The translations under genes were made by a program, and so were the position numbers. Below, one piece after another: positions 44,057 through 52,408 of a DNA stretch of 64,000 nt; the stretch's first letter is position 1; each line of letters opens with the position of its first letter. The DNA is from an uncultured delta proteobacterium (GTDB taxonomy: Bacteria; Myxococcota; Myxococcia; Myxococcales; Myxococcaceae), in the NCBI GenBank assembly GCA_963771175.1, contig CAVYSY010000026.1:608001-672000 (forward strand), given 5' to 3'. The notes beneath the pieces were generated by a model that saw only the letters and a program-made list of their open reading frames with translations, searched no databases and was not told the origin of the DNA.

Positions 44057-45073
44057 TCAACACCAATCCATGAGAACGACCGCGAGGGAGGGGTCCGCCG
44101 CGCGCAGAGCGGCCAGATGTGCTTTGCTACGCACGCCGACGGAAAAGTCATATCCGCACGCTTCGGCGAGCTTTTTCTCGCGCCTCAATTCCGGCAGCTT
44201 CAATTTGATAAAGAATTCCTGCGACCGAGGCGGTTGTTTTTCAAAGTCATCCGTTTTGACTTCCCACAATGTGCGCGTGGTCAGTTGCAGCGCGTCAAAT
44301 TGCTTGCCATTGACGATCACGTCCCAGCCGGGGAAGCTGTTGTCCTGAATTCTGTCGGCGCACTTGTTATGATCGTTGTTTCCGCCTCGATGCGGCACCG
44401 GGATGGGCTTGCATCTCGGGTCGTCTTCCTCCACGAGGGCGGACGCGAGCTGCTTCTGCGGCGAGGGCTCCCGGGCCGGTGCTTTCGTCGCACGAGGTTG
44501 GACATCAAGCTCCACCATGAGTTGCCGCGAGGACTCCGAGACGTCCCGCAGCCGTGCCTCGAACTCCCGTTGAGCGTCGACCCAGGGCGGACGGCTGTCA
44601 GACTCCGGCCCGGCGGTGCTGGAGGGCCAGAGCAGGACGAGGGCCACGAGCACCGGGCCCACCCTGGAGAGCGCTAAAGGGGCCTCGCTTGCGCGTCCAG
44701 CCTGGGCGAGGCCCTCGGCACCCCTCGCCACCTCAGCGGCTTGCCCGCTCGTCCTCGCGGCGCGGGAGAAGCGCTCGAAGGCCCGTTCCGCTGCGGTGAG
44801 CTTGCGGTCCAACTGTTCCCATTGACGCGGCTCCAGGTCCTCGCGCGCTCGGGACAGCAGCGCCCTGGCCTTGTCCAGGTCCGCCTTTCCAATCCACGAC
44901 CGTTCCGGTGCCGGCTCCATCGGCGCGGAAACGAGCCGGATGCGCGGGCCAGAAGTGGGAGTCGACGCGAAGGCGTGGGGCCGTGGCATCGGCTGCGGGG
45001 CGGGCGCGCTAGCGCAGGCGGCGAGCAGCAACAGGAGCGCGCTCCAAGTTCGCAAGCGCATCGTCACGTCCAT
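44057..45073 (-). CDS. DUF6310 lipoprotein, probable PD-(D/E)xK nuclease toxin
   Basis: Lipobox LAAC; HRGG...HNKCAD, VNGKQFDALQ...LWEVKTD, VLMDWC. Confidence 0.82.
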   Translation of the reverse strand: MDVTMRLRTWSALLLLLAACASAPAPQPMPRPHAFASTPTSGPRIRLVSAPMEPAPERSWIGKADLDKARALLSRAREDLEPRQWEQLDRKLTAAERAFERFSRAARTSGQAAEVARGAEGLAQAGRASEAPLALSRVGPVLVALVLLWPSSTAGPESDSRPPWVDAQREFEARLRDVSESSRQLMVELDVQPRATKAPAREPSPQKQLASALVEEDDPRCKPIPVPHRGGNNDHNKCADRIQDNSFPGWDVIVNGKQFDALQLTTRTLWEVKTDDFEKQPPRSQEFFIKLKLPELRREKKLAEACGYDFSVGVRSKAHLAALRAADPSLAVVLMDWC

Positions 45074-45369
45074 TCATCAAGCGAGGGGGCAGGCTCAACT
45101 CAGGCCCGTTGGGGAGTATGCCAGCACGCTTCGACAGCGACGAACGAGCGCGCGGGGGGAGCGGCACACGGCAGCCGCAGCTCGGGCCTGTGGAGGGCTC
45201 CCAGGGCGGTAGTGGAGCCAGCGGGCGCGCTCTCGCGGACAGTGCCGGGACAGGCGACCCCTTGCCCATACCTGGAGGGGGCCGGGTATCCAGGCCGCTC
45301 GCGCCCCGATTGGCGCCCCCGGCATTGCCCCGGTTAGCCGCCGTAGCCAGCAGAGCCGATGCGGCCTGC

Positions 45370-45550
45370 CACAGCAGCCCCGGCACAGGACCCTGGCACC
45401 GGGGAGCGAGCTGCGCGTTCAGGAAGGCCCCGCCAGCCGCACACCGCCCGGCGTGGGGATGGCCGCAGGCAATGAGCCTGCCCCCGAACTGGCAGCAGGC
45501 GAAGACGTCCAGCGTGAAGCTCTTGCGCGGAAACCCTGCAAGCCCATCAG
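45370..45550 (-). mobile_element. Degenerate 3' remnant of an IS91-like (Y2) transposase
   Basis: RKSFTLDVFACCQFGGR and AQLAP..QGP resemble the RTF.LDVFAC..CGGR tail of these transposases. Confidence 0.45.
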
Positions 45551-45606
45551 TGTAGGCGCTGCTGACCACGTAACCGGGGCAAGCCCAGAACCGGTCCCGA
45601 CGCGCG

Positions 45607-47013
45607 TCAGGTGGGCGAAAGCTGGACGTTGCTCCGCTGGAGGAAGAGCTGGAAGCAGGGGGACTTCTCCAGCAGCGTCTGCCCCGAGTGGATCATCAGG
45701 TCGACCTGCTGACGACTCAGATTGAAGTTGGTGGGAACCTTCCAGGCCTCCTCCCGCATCCGGGCATCGGGGAGCTGGTCGAGGTCCACGTTGACCACGA
45801 ACAGCTCCAAGCGCTGGCTGGGGACGGGGAAGTAGCAGATGTTGCAGAGCGGCTGGCCACCGCACCCGTCCTCACCGCCCACCAGGGCGCCATTGCGGTA
45901 CTCGCGAAGAACCTGGGTGACCTGCTCGATGGTGTCGTCGGTGTAGTTGTCCATCGCCACGGAGCTGGTCCGGAAGAGCACGTCCACCAGACCCGGTCCA
46001 GGCCGGCGCTCATCCATGCTCGTGTCGGGCGGGGTCTGGGCGTTGACGGTGACGATGAGGAGCTGACGGACTTTCCGCCTGGCCAGGAGCTGCTGGAGCC
46101 AGCCGCCCGTGACGGACATGGAGCGGGTGATGAAGCGCGCCCCGATGTTGTCGGCCAGGCCGCCGTCGAGCAGGTGCAGCCAGGGATGGGCCTTGCTGTC
46201 GCTCGTCTCCTTCCAGGCCTGGGCGCGCAGGTAGGACTCGCGGAACTCGGGCCCGTCCTCGAGCGCATCCTGGACCCATTGCGGAACGTCGCCGCTGCCG
46301 AAGTTCTTCAGGGTGACGGGACTGAGCAGGAACGGGAAGGCCGAGGACGACGCGACCGCCCAGCCGATGGGGTAGCTTGAGAGATCCGAACCGATGGCCT
46401 CGAACTGCTCCTCGGTGAAGTCGAAGGGCGTACCGAGGGACATGTTGGTCGCGTTCAGCACGACCAGCGGCTTGCGCTTGCGGAGCGCGAGGTCACGGAA
46501 GGTCTTCCTGTCGAAGAGGATGCGGTCGTAGATGCTGGCCGCGGCGTCGATGCGATCGAAATACGGAGAGAAGTGCCGGAACGCCGTGGGAGGCAGGAAG
46601 ACGTTCAAGGCGAGATCCCTCTCGATGTTGCGCAGGAGGAAGCGCTGCTTGAAGTCCTCGAAGAGGCGATCCCCGAAGAGCGTGTAGTAGGCCGCGGTGA
46701 AGGAGCCGCCCGAGACGGAGGAGAGCAGATCCACCTCGGACAGCAGGCTGCGCCGGGGCACCCCGGGGGCGGGAAGCCGGTGGAGCACATCGAGGACGCC
46801 ATACGAGAGCGAGGCGGCGCGCGTCCCGCCCCCCGAGAGGGCGAGCGCGATGAACAGGTCATCCGTGTTCCGCGGGTCGGTCTTGAAGGCACCCGGCTCG
46901 TAGAAGGGCTCGCTGGCGGGGTGCGTGGAGCGGGCCTGATTCAGCGGCGCACAGCCGACCACCAGCACGCAGGCGAGGAGGAGCCCGACGCTAGTTCTTG
47001 GTGAATTCGACAT
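45607..47013 (-). CDS. Patatin-like phospholipase lipoprotein
   Basis: Lipobox VVGC; ALSGGGTRAA, SSVSGGS, LLDGGLADN. Confidence 0.88.
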   Translation of the reverse strand: MSNSPRTSVGLLLACVLVVGCAPLNQARSTHPASEPFYEPGAFKTDPRNTDDLFIALALSGGGTRAASLSYGVLDVLHRLPAPGVPRRSLLSEVDLLSSVSGGSFTAAYYTLFGDRLFEDFKQRFLLRNIERDLALNVFLPPTAFRHFSPYFDRIDAAASIYDRILFDRKTFRDLALRKRKPLVVLNATNMSLGTPFDFTEEQFEAIGSDLSSYPIGWAVASSSAFPFLLSPVTLKNFGSGDVPQWVQDALEDGPEFRESYLRAQAWKETSDSKAHPWLHLLDGGLADNIGARFITRSMSVTGGWLQQLLARRKVRQLLIVTVNAQTPPDTSMDERRPGPGLVDVLFRTSSVAMDNYTDDTIEQVTQVLREYRNGALVGGEDGCGGQPLCNICYFPVPSQRLELFVVNVDLDQLPDARMREEAWKVPTNFNLSRQQVDLMIHSGQTLLEKSPCFQLFLQRSNVQLSPT

Positions 47014-47308
47014 GCTTCCGCTCCCCTGCCTTGACCAGGATCTTCTGCTGCTTGGGCGAGAAGTCGTTGCCCGGAGTCGTGGAGTCCGGGCCCGGCGAGG
47101 CCAGCGTGAGCGTCTTGGTGCCCGCCGCGAGCTGGAAGGGTTCGTTGGTCACCCCAATGAAGATCGTGCCCTGCAGCACGTTGCGCGACTCCGGGAAGGA
47201 CACCAGCACGGTCCCGAGCGAAACACCCTTGAAGGTGTTGGGCTTCAACTCCGTGTGCTCCTCCATCGCCCCATCGGTGTCCTTCGGGAGCTTGCCTTCC
47301 CTGCTCAT
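46991..47308 (-). CDS. Hypothetical 105-aa beta-rich protein
   Basis: GAGGAGG RBS; stop overlaps the patatin start. Confidence 0.6.
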   Translation of the reverse strand: MSREGKLPKDTDGAMEEHTELKPNTFKGVSLGTVLVSFPESRNVLQGTIFIGVTNEPFQLAAGTKTLTLASPGPDSTTPGNDFSPKQQKILVKAGERKHVEFTKN

Positions 47309-47461
47309 GTCCCCCTCCTCATGCCAGACCCATAGAGGGCGCACTGTGGTTGTCATCGGACGATAACACCCCGACGCATTCCGGGAAGAGCGGGGCCGCT
47401 AACGGACCGCGGCGGAGACCGAGCCGCCCCCGTGGAGGGTCCCTGGCGTATCGCGTCGAGC

Positions 47462-48154
47462 ATGCGAACCTCCACCCGATGGCTCGCGCTCCTCGGCGTG
47501 CTGCTGGCCGCCTGTGCCACCTCAACGCCGGGCGTGCGCGAGGACGACGAAGCACCCGAGGCCGTGTCCTCGTGGGAAGAGGCCCGTGCGGACCCGAGCT
47601 GCGTGGTGCCGCTGTGCGACGGCGAAAGCTGCGCCCTCTGGCGCTGCCGGGACCTGGTGGAGGTGGACACCTCCCCTTCCGTGGTGCTGGCGCGCGGACC
47701 CATGCCCCAGGCCCTGCGCCCTCCCCTGGTGGGCAACCCCAGCCGCTGGTGGGGCCGCCCCCTCGCCGCGCCCTCCTCAGAACCCGTCTTCGAAATCCCC
47801 TGGCACAACTGGAAGACCCGCGAACAGCTCGCACTGCAGCGCAAACACTCGCTCGCGTGCATGCTCCCGCCCGAACCTCTCGAAAAACACCACATTCTCC
47901 CGCAGCAGCAAAAATTGGCCGCGTGGTTCAAGCTCAGGGGTATCGACATTCACGCATACACCATCAGTCTCCCCAGGAGCATCCATCGGAGGCTTCACAG
48001 CGGCGGCCCCGAAGGAGGCCAGTGGAATGCGGCCTGGCGACGGTTCCAACAGGAGAACGATGGGGCCGGCCCAAAGGAAATCTGGCGGTTCGCGTTCGAG
48101 CTGATGTTCCTATTCAACGTGAGTGGCCCACTCGTCCCCTACTGCCAGGGTTGA
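47462..48154 (+). CDS. sitA6: TIGR02269-type (SitA6 family) polymorphic toxin lipoprotein
   Basis: Lipobox LAAC; CVVPLC...CALWRCRDL, RWWG, EKHHILPQ, GIDIH, HRRLHSGG..GGQWNAAW. Confidence 0.8.
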   Translation: MRTSTRWLALLGVLLAACATSTPGVREDDEAPEAVSSWEEARADPSCVVPLCDGESCALWRCRDLVEVDTSPSVVLARGPMPQALRPPLVGNPSRWWGRPLAAPSSEPVFEIPWHNWKTREQLALQRKHSLACMLPPEPLEKHHILPQQQKLAAWFKLRGIDIHAYTISLPRSIHRRLHSGGPEGGQWNAAWRRFQQENDGAGPKEIWRFAFELMFLFNVSGPLVPYCQG

Positions 48155-48169
48155 ACCGGAGAGCGCTGG

Positions 48170-48886
48170 ATGCGGTATTTCAGAATCGAGGAAGACAGGT
48201 CCGCGGGTTACAGCGGCTCAATTGACGGCGTACACAAGTGGGGTCTTCCGGGTCTCCTCGGCTGCCCCACCTGTGAAGCGACCTGGGGAACCAACTCCAG
48301 AGCGTACCCCTCGGTGGACCTCACTCCGGTGGCATCCCTGGCCAACTTCACGGAGGCTCGACCCGAGCCCATCGAGGAGTATGAAAGGCTGTGCGAGCTG
48401 GTACGCCCGCTACTCCCACCAGGAGCAGTGTTACAACCGGGTGCGGCATTTGGCCCGCTCGTGGGCAAGGCCCAGGGCCGCTTCGGGCAGTTCGTGACTC
48501 CTGTTCCCTGGTGGCCGCTGGTGCAGCGCGAGGCACTTGAGAAGCTCCAGGCCGAGGGCCTGCGAGGCCTCAAGGGATGTCCCACCCAACTGCGCTTCCG
48601 CCAGCGCGCCTCGCCCGTACTGCTCGAGCTGGAGTTGCTCCCCGTGGGCCGCGCACACCCGGATTGCCTGCCGCCCGACCGAAAGCCCCCCTGCCCTCGC
48701 TGTGGCCGTCAGGGCCTCACTCTTCCCAAGCCCCTCCTGCTGGATGCCGCCACCCTGCCCGACCACCTGGACATCTTCCGGCTGGCGGACTTCTCCACCA
48801 TCGTCGTCTGCACCGAGCGCTTCGCCGAGGTCTGCCAGCGCCTGGGCGTGGATGGCGTCACCTTCCACCCACTGCCCACGCGCTGA
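48170..48886 (+). CDS. sitI6: Double-CXXCG motif (SitI6 family) immunity protein
   Basis: HKWGLPG..CPTC, YPSVDL, CPRCG, FRLADF...CTERF. Confidence 0.82.
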   Translation: MRYFRIEEDRSAGYSGSIDGVHKWGLPGLLGCPTCEATWGTNSRAYPSVDLTPVASLANFTEARPEPIEEYERLCELVRPLLPPGAVLQPGAAFGPLVGKAQGRFGQFVTPVPWWPLVQREALEKLQAEGLRGLKGCPTQLRFRQRASPVLLELELLPVGRAHPDCLPPDRKPPCPRCGRQGLTLPKPLLLDAATLPDHLDIFRLADFSTIVVCTERFAEVCQRLGVDGVTFHPLPTR

Positions 48887-48906
48887 GGTCCCCACCCCAG
48901 GCAGAC

Positions 48907-50133
48907 TCAGTAGGACAGGCCGTACTTCGCCGCCTTCTCCTTCACGCCCTTCATCACGTTCGCGTCGAAGGAGTCCTCCTTCTCCGCCACGTTCTTCGCC
49001 CTCCAGGCGTCACGCTCCGCCGCCAGCTTCGTCGCCTTCTCCTCCAGCGCCTTCCGCTCGTCGGCGAGCTGCTTCACCTTCGCCTCCCGCGCCTTCGCGT
49101 CCAGCCCCGCCAGCTCCTGCGGCAGATCCTCGTCCTTGACGCTCGCCAGCGCCTCCGGCTGCGCCACCACGTCCACCGCCCCGCCCACCGCCTCCGGCGC
49201 GCTGCTCACCGCGGCGGCCGCCGCCGGCGCCTTCCCCGCGCTGCGCGTCGTCTTCAGGAACTGCATGCGGTCCGCCGCCGCCTCCGGCGCCATGGTCGCC
49301 ATCTGCTCCGCCCGCGCCCGGTTCTCCCGCTGCGCTTCCTTCTTCCCCGCGTACATCGTCTTGCGAGCGATCTCCGCGTTCACCTTCGCCAGCTCCGCGT
49401 CATACGGCGTCGCCACCGCCACCATCCCTCCCGACTGCTCCAGCGACTCGTACCGCCCGTCCGTCGTCTTCGCCGCCAGCTTCCAGTGCTTCTCCGTCTC
49501 CGGGTCCCCACCGCAGCGCACCGTGTTCACCACGATGTGCTTCTCCGCCGCCCGCTTCGCCCAGTGGTTGAAGTTCCAGTCGTCGTTGCGCTGCGCCGGC
49601 GGCGCGTCCCCCACCAGGAAGATGAGCTTCATCGTCTCCCGGCTCTGGTCCCACGACAGCTTCGACACCGCCTCGCCCAGCCCCCGCCCCACGTGCTCCG
49701 GCGTGTCCCCGCCCCCGTCCGCATTCAGCTTCCGCAGGTGCGTGAAGATGCCGTCCAGGTCCTCCGTGAGGTCGTACCGCTTCGTCACGTACTCGTCCCC
49801 CACGTCCCGGTACGCCACCAGCCCCACCCGCACCTGCGGCGTCGGCTTGCCCTGGGCGATGCGCGACGCGATGGAGAAGATCTTCTGCTTCGCCCCCTCG
49901 ATGAGCCCGCCCATCGAGCCCGTCGTGTCCAGCACGAAGACCACGTCGATCCTCGGCCGCGCCTGCTGGGGCTGCTGAGACTGCTGGGGCTGAGCCTGCT
50001 GTGGGACCGGCGCCCCCTGCGCCTGGGCCGGCGCGGGCTTCCGGGGAGCCTCGGCGAGGGCCAGGGGAGACGCGAGCGTGACGAGGGCGAGCGCTGCCCC
50101 GAGCACGGGGCGCGAGAAGGACTTCAGGGACAT
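48907..50133 (-). CDS. Exported vWA domain protein
   Basis: Signal peptide; DTTGSM MIDAS, AYRD, GGGDTPE, GDAPP. Confidence 0.88.
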   Translation of the reverse strand: MSLKSFSRPVLGAALALVTLASPLALAEAPRKPAPAQAQGAPVPQQAQPQQSQQPQQARPRIDVVFVLDTTGSMGGLIEGAKQKIFSIASRIAQGKPTPQVRVGLVAYRDVGDEYVTKRYDLTEDLDGIFTHLRKLNADGGGDTPEHVGRGLGEAVSKLSWDQSRETMKLIFLVGDAPPAQRNDDWNFNHWAKRAAEKHIVVNTVRCGGDPETEKHWKLAAKTTDGRYESLEQSGGMVAVATPYDAELAKVNAEIARKTMYAGKKEAQRENRARAEQMATMAPEAAADRMQFLKTTRSAGKAPAAAAAVSSAPEAVGGAVDVVAQPEALASVKDEDLPQELAGLDAKAREAKVKQLADERKALEEKATKLAAERDAWRAKNVAEKEDSFDANVMKGVKEKAAKYGLSY

Positions 50134-50273
50134 GACGGGGCTCCAGGGGAGAGGAAATGCGGGTCGAAATTCCAGCGCGTGCTCGCTGGAAGAACGAACG
50201 AGCCTCCAGATGGGTCTACTGGAGGCCCTCGTGGGCACCTACAAGGTGGCCCTCTCCCTGCTCCGGCCGGAGC

Positions 50274-50969
50274 TCACGCCAGGTCGAAGAGCAGCGCCTC
50301 GAGCGACTCCGAGGCCGCGAGCACCAGCCGCGACTCCTCGGACACGGCCACCCCGTCCCCGGCCTTCACCTCCACGCCGTTGAGGGTGCCCGCGCCCCGC
50401 GCCACCTGCAGCCACGCGTGCCGGCCCGGGGCCAGCGCGTACTCGGTCTTCTCGCCCTCGCCCAGCAGCGTGCTGTACAGCCGCATGTCCTGGTGCACCT
50501 TCAGCGAGCCGTCCTGCCCCTCCGGCGACACCACCAGCCGGAAGCGACCCTGGCGCTCCTGCTCCGTGAAGGCCTTCTGCTCGTAGCTCGGCGTCAGGCC
50601 CTTGCGCTCGGGGAGGATCCAGATCTGCAGGAAGTGCAGCTCCTTGTCGGTGCGGTTCTGCTCGCTGTGCAGCACCCCCGTGCCCGCCGTCATCCGCTGC
50701 AGCTCGCCCGCTCGCAGCACCCCGTGCGAGCCCATGCTGTCCCGGTGTTCGATCTGCCCCGAGAGCATGTAGGTGATGATCTCCATGTCCCGGTGCGGGT
50801 GCGTGCCGAAGCCACTGCGCGGCGCCACCCGATCCTCGTTGATGACGCGCAGGGCGCGGAAGCCCATGTAGCTCGGGTCGTAGTAGTCCGCGAACGAGAA
50901 GGTGTGGTGGCTGTCCAGCCAGCCGTGGTTCGCATGTCCGCGTGCTTCAGAGGGTCGAACGGTGATCAT
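50274..50969 (-). CDS. Pirin family protein (YhhW-like)
   Basis: HGWLDSHHTFSF, GFGTHPHRDMEI, HRDSMG, LQIWI. Confidence 0.93.
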   Translation of the reverse strand: MITVRPSEARGHANHGWLDSHHTFSFADYYDPSYMGFRALRVINEDRVAPRSGFGTHPHRDMEIITYMLSGQIEHRDSMGSHGVLRAGELQRMTAGTGVLHSEQNRTDKELHFLQIWILPERKGLTPSYEQKAFTEQERQGRFRLVVSPEGQDGSLKVHQDMRLYSTLLGEGEKTEYALAPGRHAWLQVARGAGTLNGVEVKAGDGVAVSEESRLVLAASESLEALLFDLA

Positions 50970-51118
50970 CGGGTACCCCTTTTCTCCAATCATTCCTGAT
51001 GCGCGAGGACCCGGAAGCGATTCGCCGCGTGCGAGCAGCGTCCCTCCCATCAGGCCCGTCACGCCGGCCACCAGGCCGCCAGTCACTTGACGCCGGCCGA
51101 GCGGCCTTCCGCGCCACC

Positions 51119-51664
51119 TCACGCCGCCTTCTCCGCCGCCGCCTTCACCGCCTGCACGTCGAGCTCGATGTCGATGCGCTCGCCCACCAGCACCCCGCCC
51201 GTCTCCAGCGCCGTGTTCCACGTCAGCCCGAAGTCCTTGCGGTCGATGCTCGTGCGCGCGCTGAAGGCCAGGCGCTCGGCGCCGAACGGGTCCGTCACAC
51301 GGCCGAGGAACTCGGTCTCCAGCACCACCTCGCGGGTGATGTCCCGCACAGTGAGGTCGCCCACCACGCGGTAGCGCTCCTGGCCCGCCGCCTCCACCCG
51401 CCGGCTGCGGAAGATGAGACGCGGGAAGGCCGCCACGTCGAAGAAGTCCGGCGAGCGCAGGTGGTTGTCTCGCGCCTCCACCTGGGTGTCGATGCTCGCC
51501 GCGTCGATCTTCACCTCCGCCTGCGCGCGCGTGAGGTCGCCGTTCACGAACAGCCGCCCCTCGTAGCGGGTGAAGCGGCCGCGAACCTTCGCCACCACCA
51601 TGTGCCGCACCGTGAAGCCGATGGTGGAGTGGGTGGTGTCGAGCCGCCATGTCTCGATGGCCAT
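51119..51664 (-). CDS. YceI family protein
   Basis: DTTHS.IGF.VRH, RDNHLRSPDFF, GDLT, IDRKDFG. Confidence 0.92.
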   Translation of the reverse strand: MAIETWRLDTTHSTIGFTVRHMVVAKVRGRFTRYEGRLFVNGDLTRAQAEVKIDAASIDTQVEARDNHLRSPDFFDVAAFPRLIFRSRRVEAAGQERYRVVGDLTVRDITREVVLETEFLGRVTDPFGAERLAFSARTSIDRKDFGLTWNTALETGGVLVGERIDIELDVQAVKAAAEKAA

Positions 51665-51708
51665 TGAAGTCGTCTCCCGTGGAAAGTGCTTCTCTGGCCT
51701 TCCCCTGG

Positions 51709-51724
51709 AGCAACCCGCTTGCCA
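51709..51724 (-). promoter_or_regulatory. Sigma54 promoter upstream of yceI-pirin
   Basis: - strand TGGCAAGCGGGTTGCT matches TGGCA-N6-TTGC, 45 bp before the start. Confidence 0.65.
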
Positions 51725-51946
51725 CCGCATAACCCCCTGGAATCACGAGCCATGCCCGGTCCGAGCGGTCCACCCACCTCTCAAAACGAGAGACATGGAC
51801 TCTCATTGAGAGAGCCCCTCCCTCTCATTCCGAGAGCCCCGCCCCTGCCCTCCGTGGCCGGGGGACCTCCAGGCGGGCGCCCGGTGCCGCACCTCCGGCG
51901 GGTGCGTACCTCTTCCGCGAGGGTCCTCAAGCACGGGGGTCGTACC

Positions 51947-52351
51947 ATGGACGTCAATGAGGTCATCGACAGGGCTCGCGACGCATTCAATGTCCGGCGC
52001 GTCTTCGGAGAGCCCATCCACCAGGGCGCGGTGACGCTGGTCCCCGCCGCCTGGGTGAGCGGAGGGGGCGGAGGAGGGGGCGAAGGCACCGCCTCCGAGG
52101 GCGCGGAGAAGGCCGGCGGAACCAGCACCGGCACGAGCTACGGCAGCGGCTTCGGCCTGCGGGCCCGGCCGGCCGGCGCCTTCATCCTGCGCAACGACAA
52201 GGTGCGCTGGCAGCCGGCGGTGGACGTCAACCGCATCATCCTCGGGGCCCAGGTGCTGATGGGCCTCTTCCTGCTGACGATCGGCCAGCGGCTCGCGCGC
52301 CGCTTCCTCCAGGAGGAGAAGCCCTTCCGGAGGAAGAAGTTCGCGCGGTGA
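51947..52351 (+). CDS. GerW/YtfJ family protein
   Basis: VFGEPI....TLVP...VSGGGGGGG...GSGFG..ARPAG. Confidence 0.8.
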   Translation: MDVNEVIDRARDAFNVRRVFGEPIHQGAVTLVPAAWVSGGGGGGGEGTASEGAEKAGGTSTGTSYGSGFGLRARPAGAFILRNDKVRWQPAVDVNRIILGAQVLMGLFLLTIGQRLARRFLQEEKPFRRKKFAR

Positions 52352-52408
52352 GGAGGGGGTGAGCGCGCGGTACCTCCCACCCGGGGCCGGGCCGCGCGCC
52401 ACCCATGG

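Larger units (their letters stand above)
43111..45107. repeat. Toxin-immunity cassette repeat, copy 2 (~2.0 kb)
   Basis: Direct repeat of 40945-42953 (offset 2166 at left end, 2154 at right end). Confidence 0.9.
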
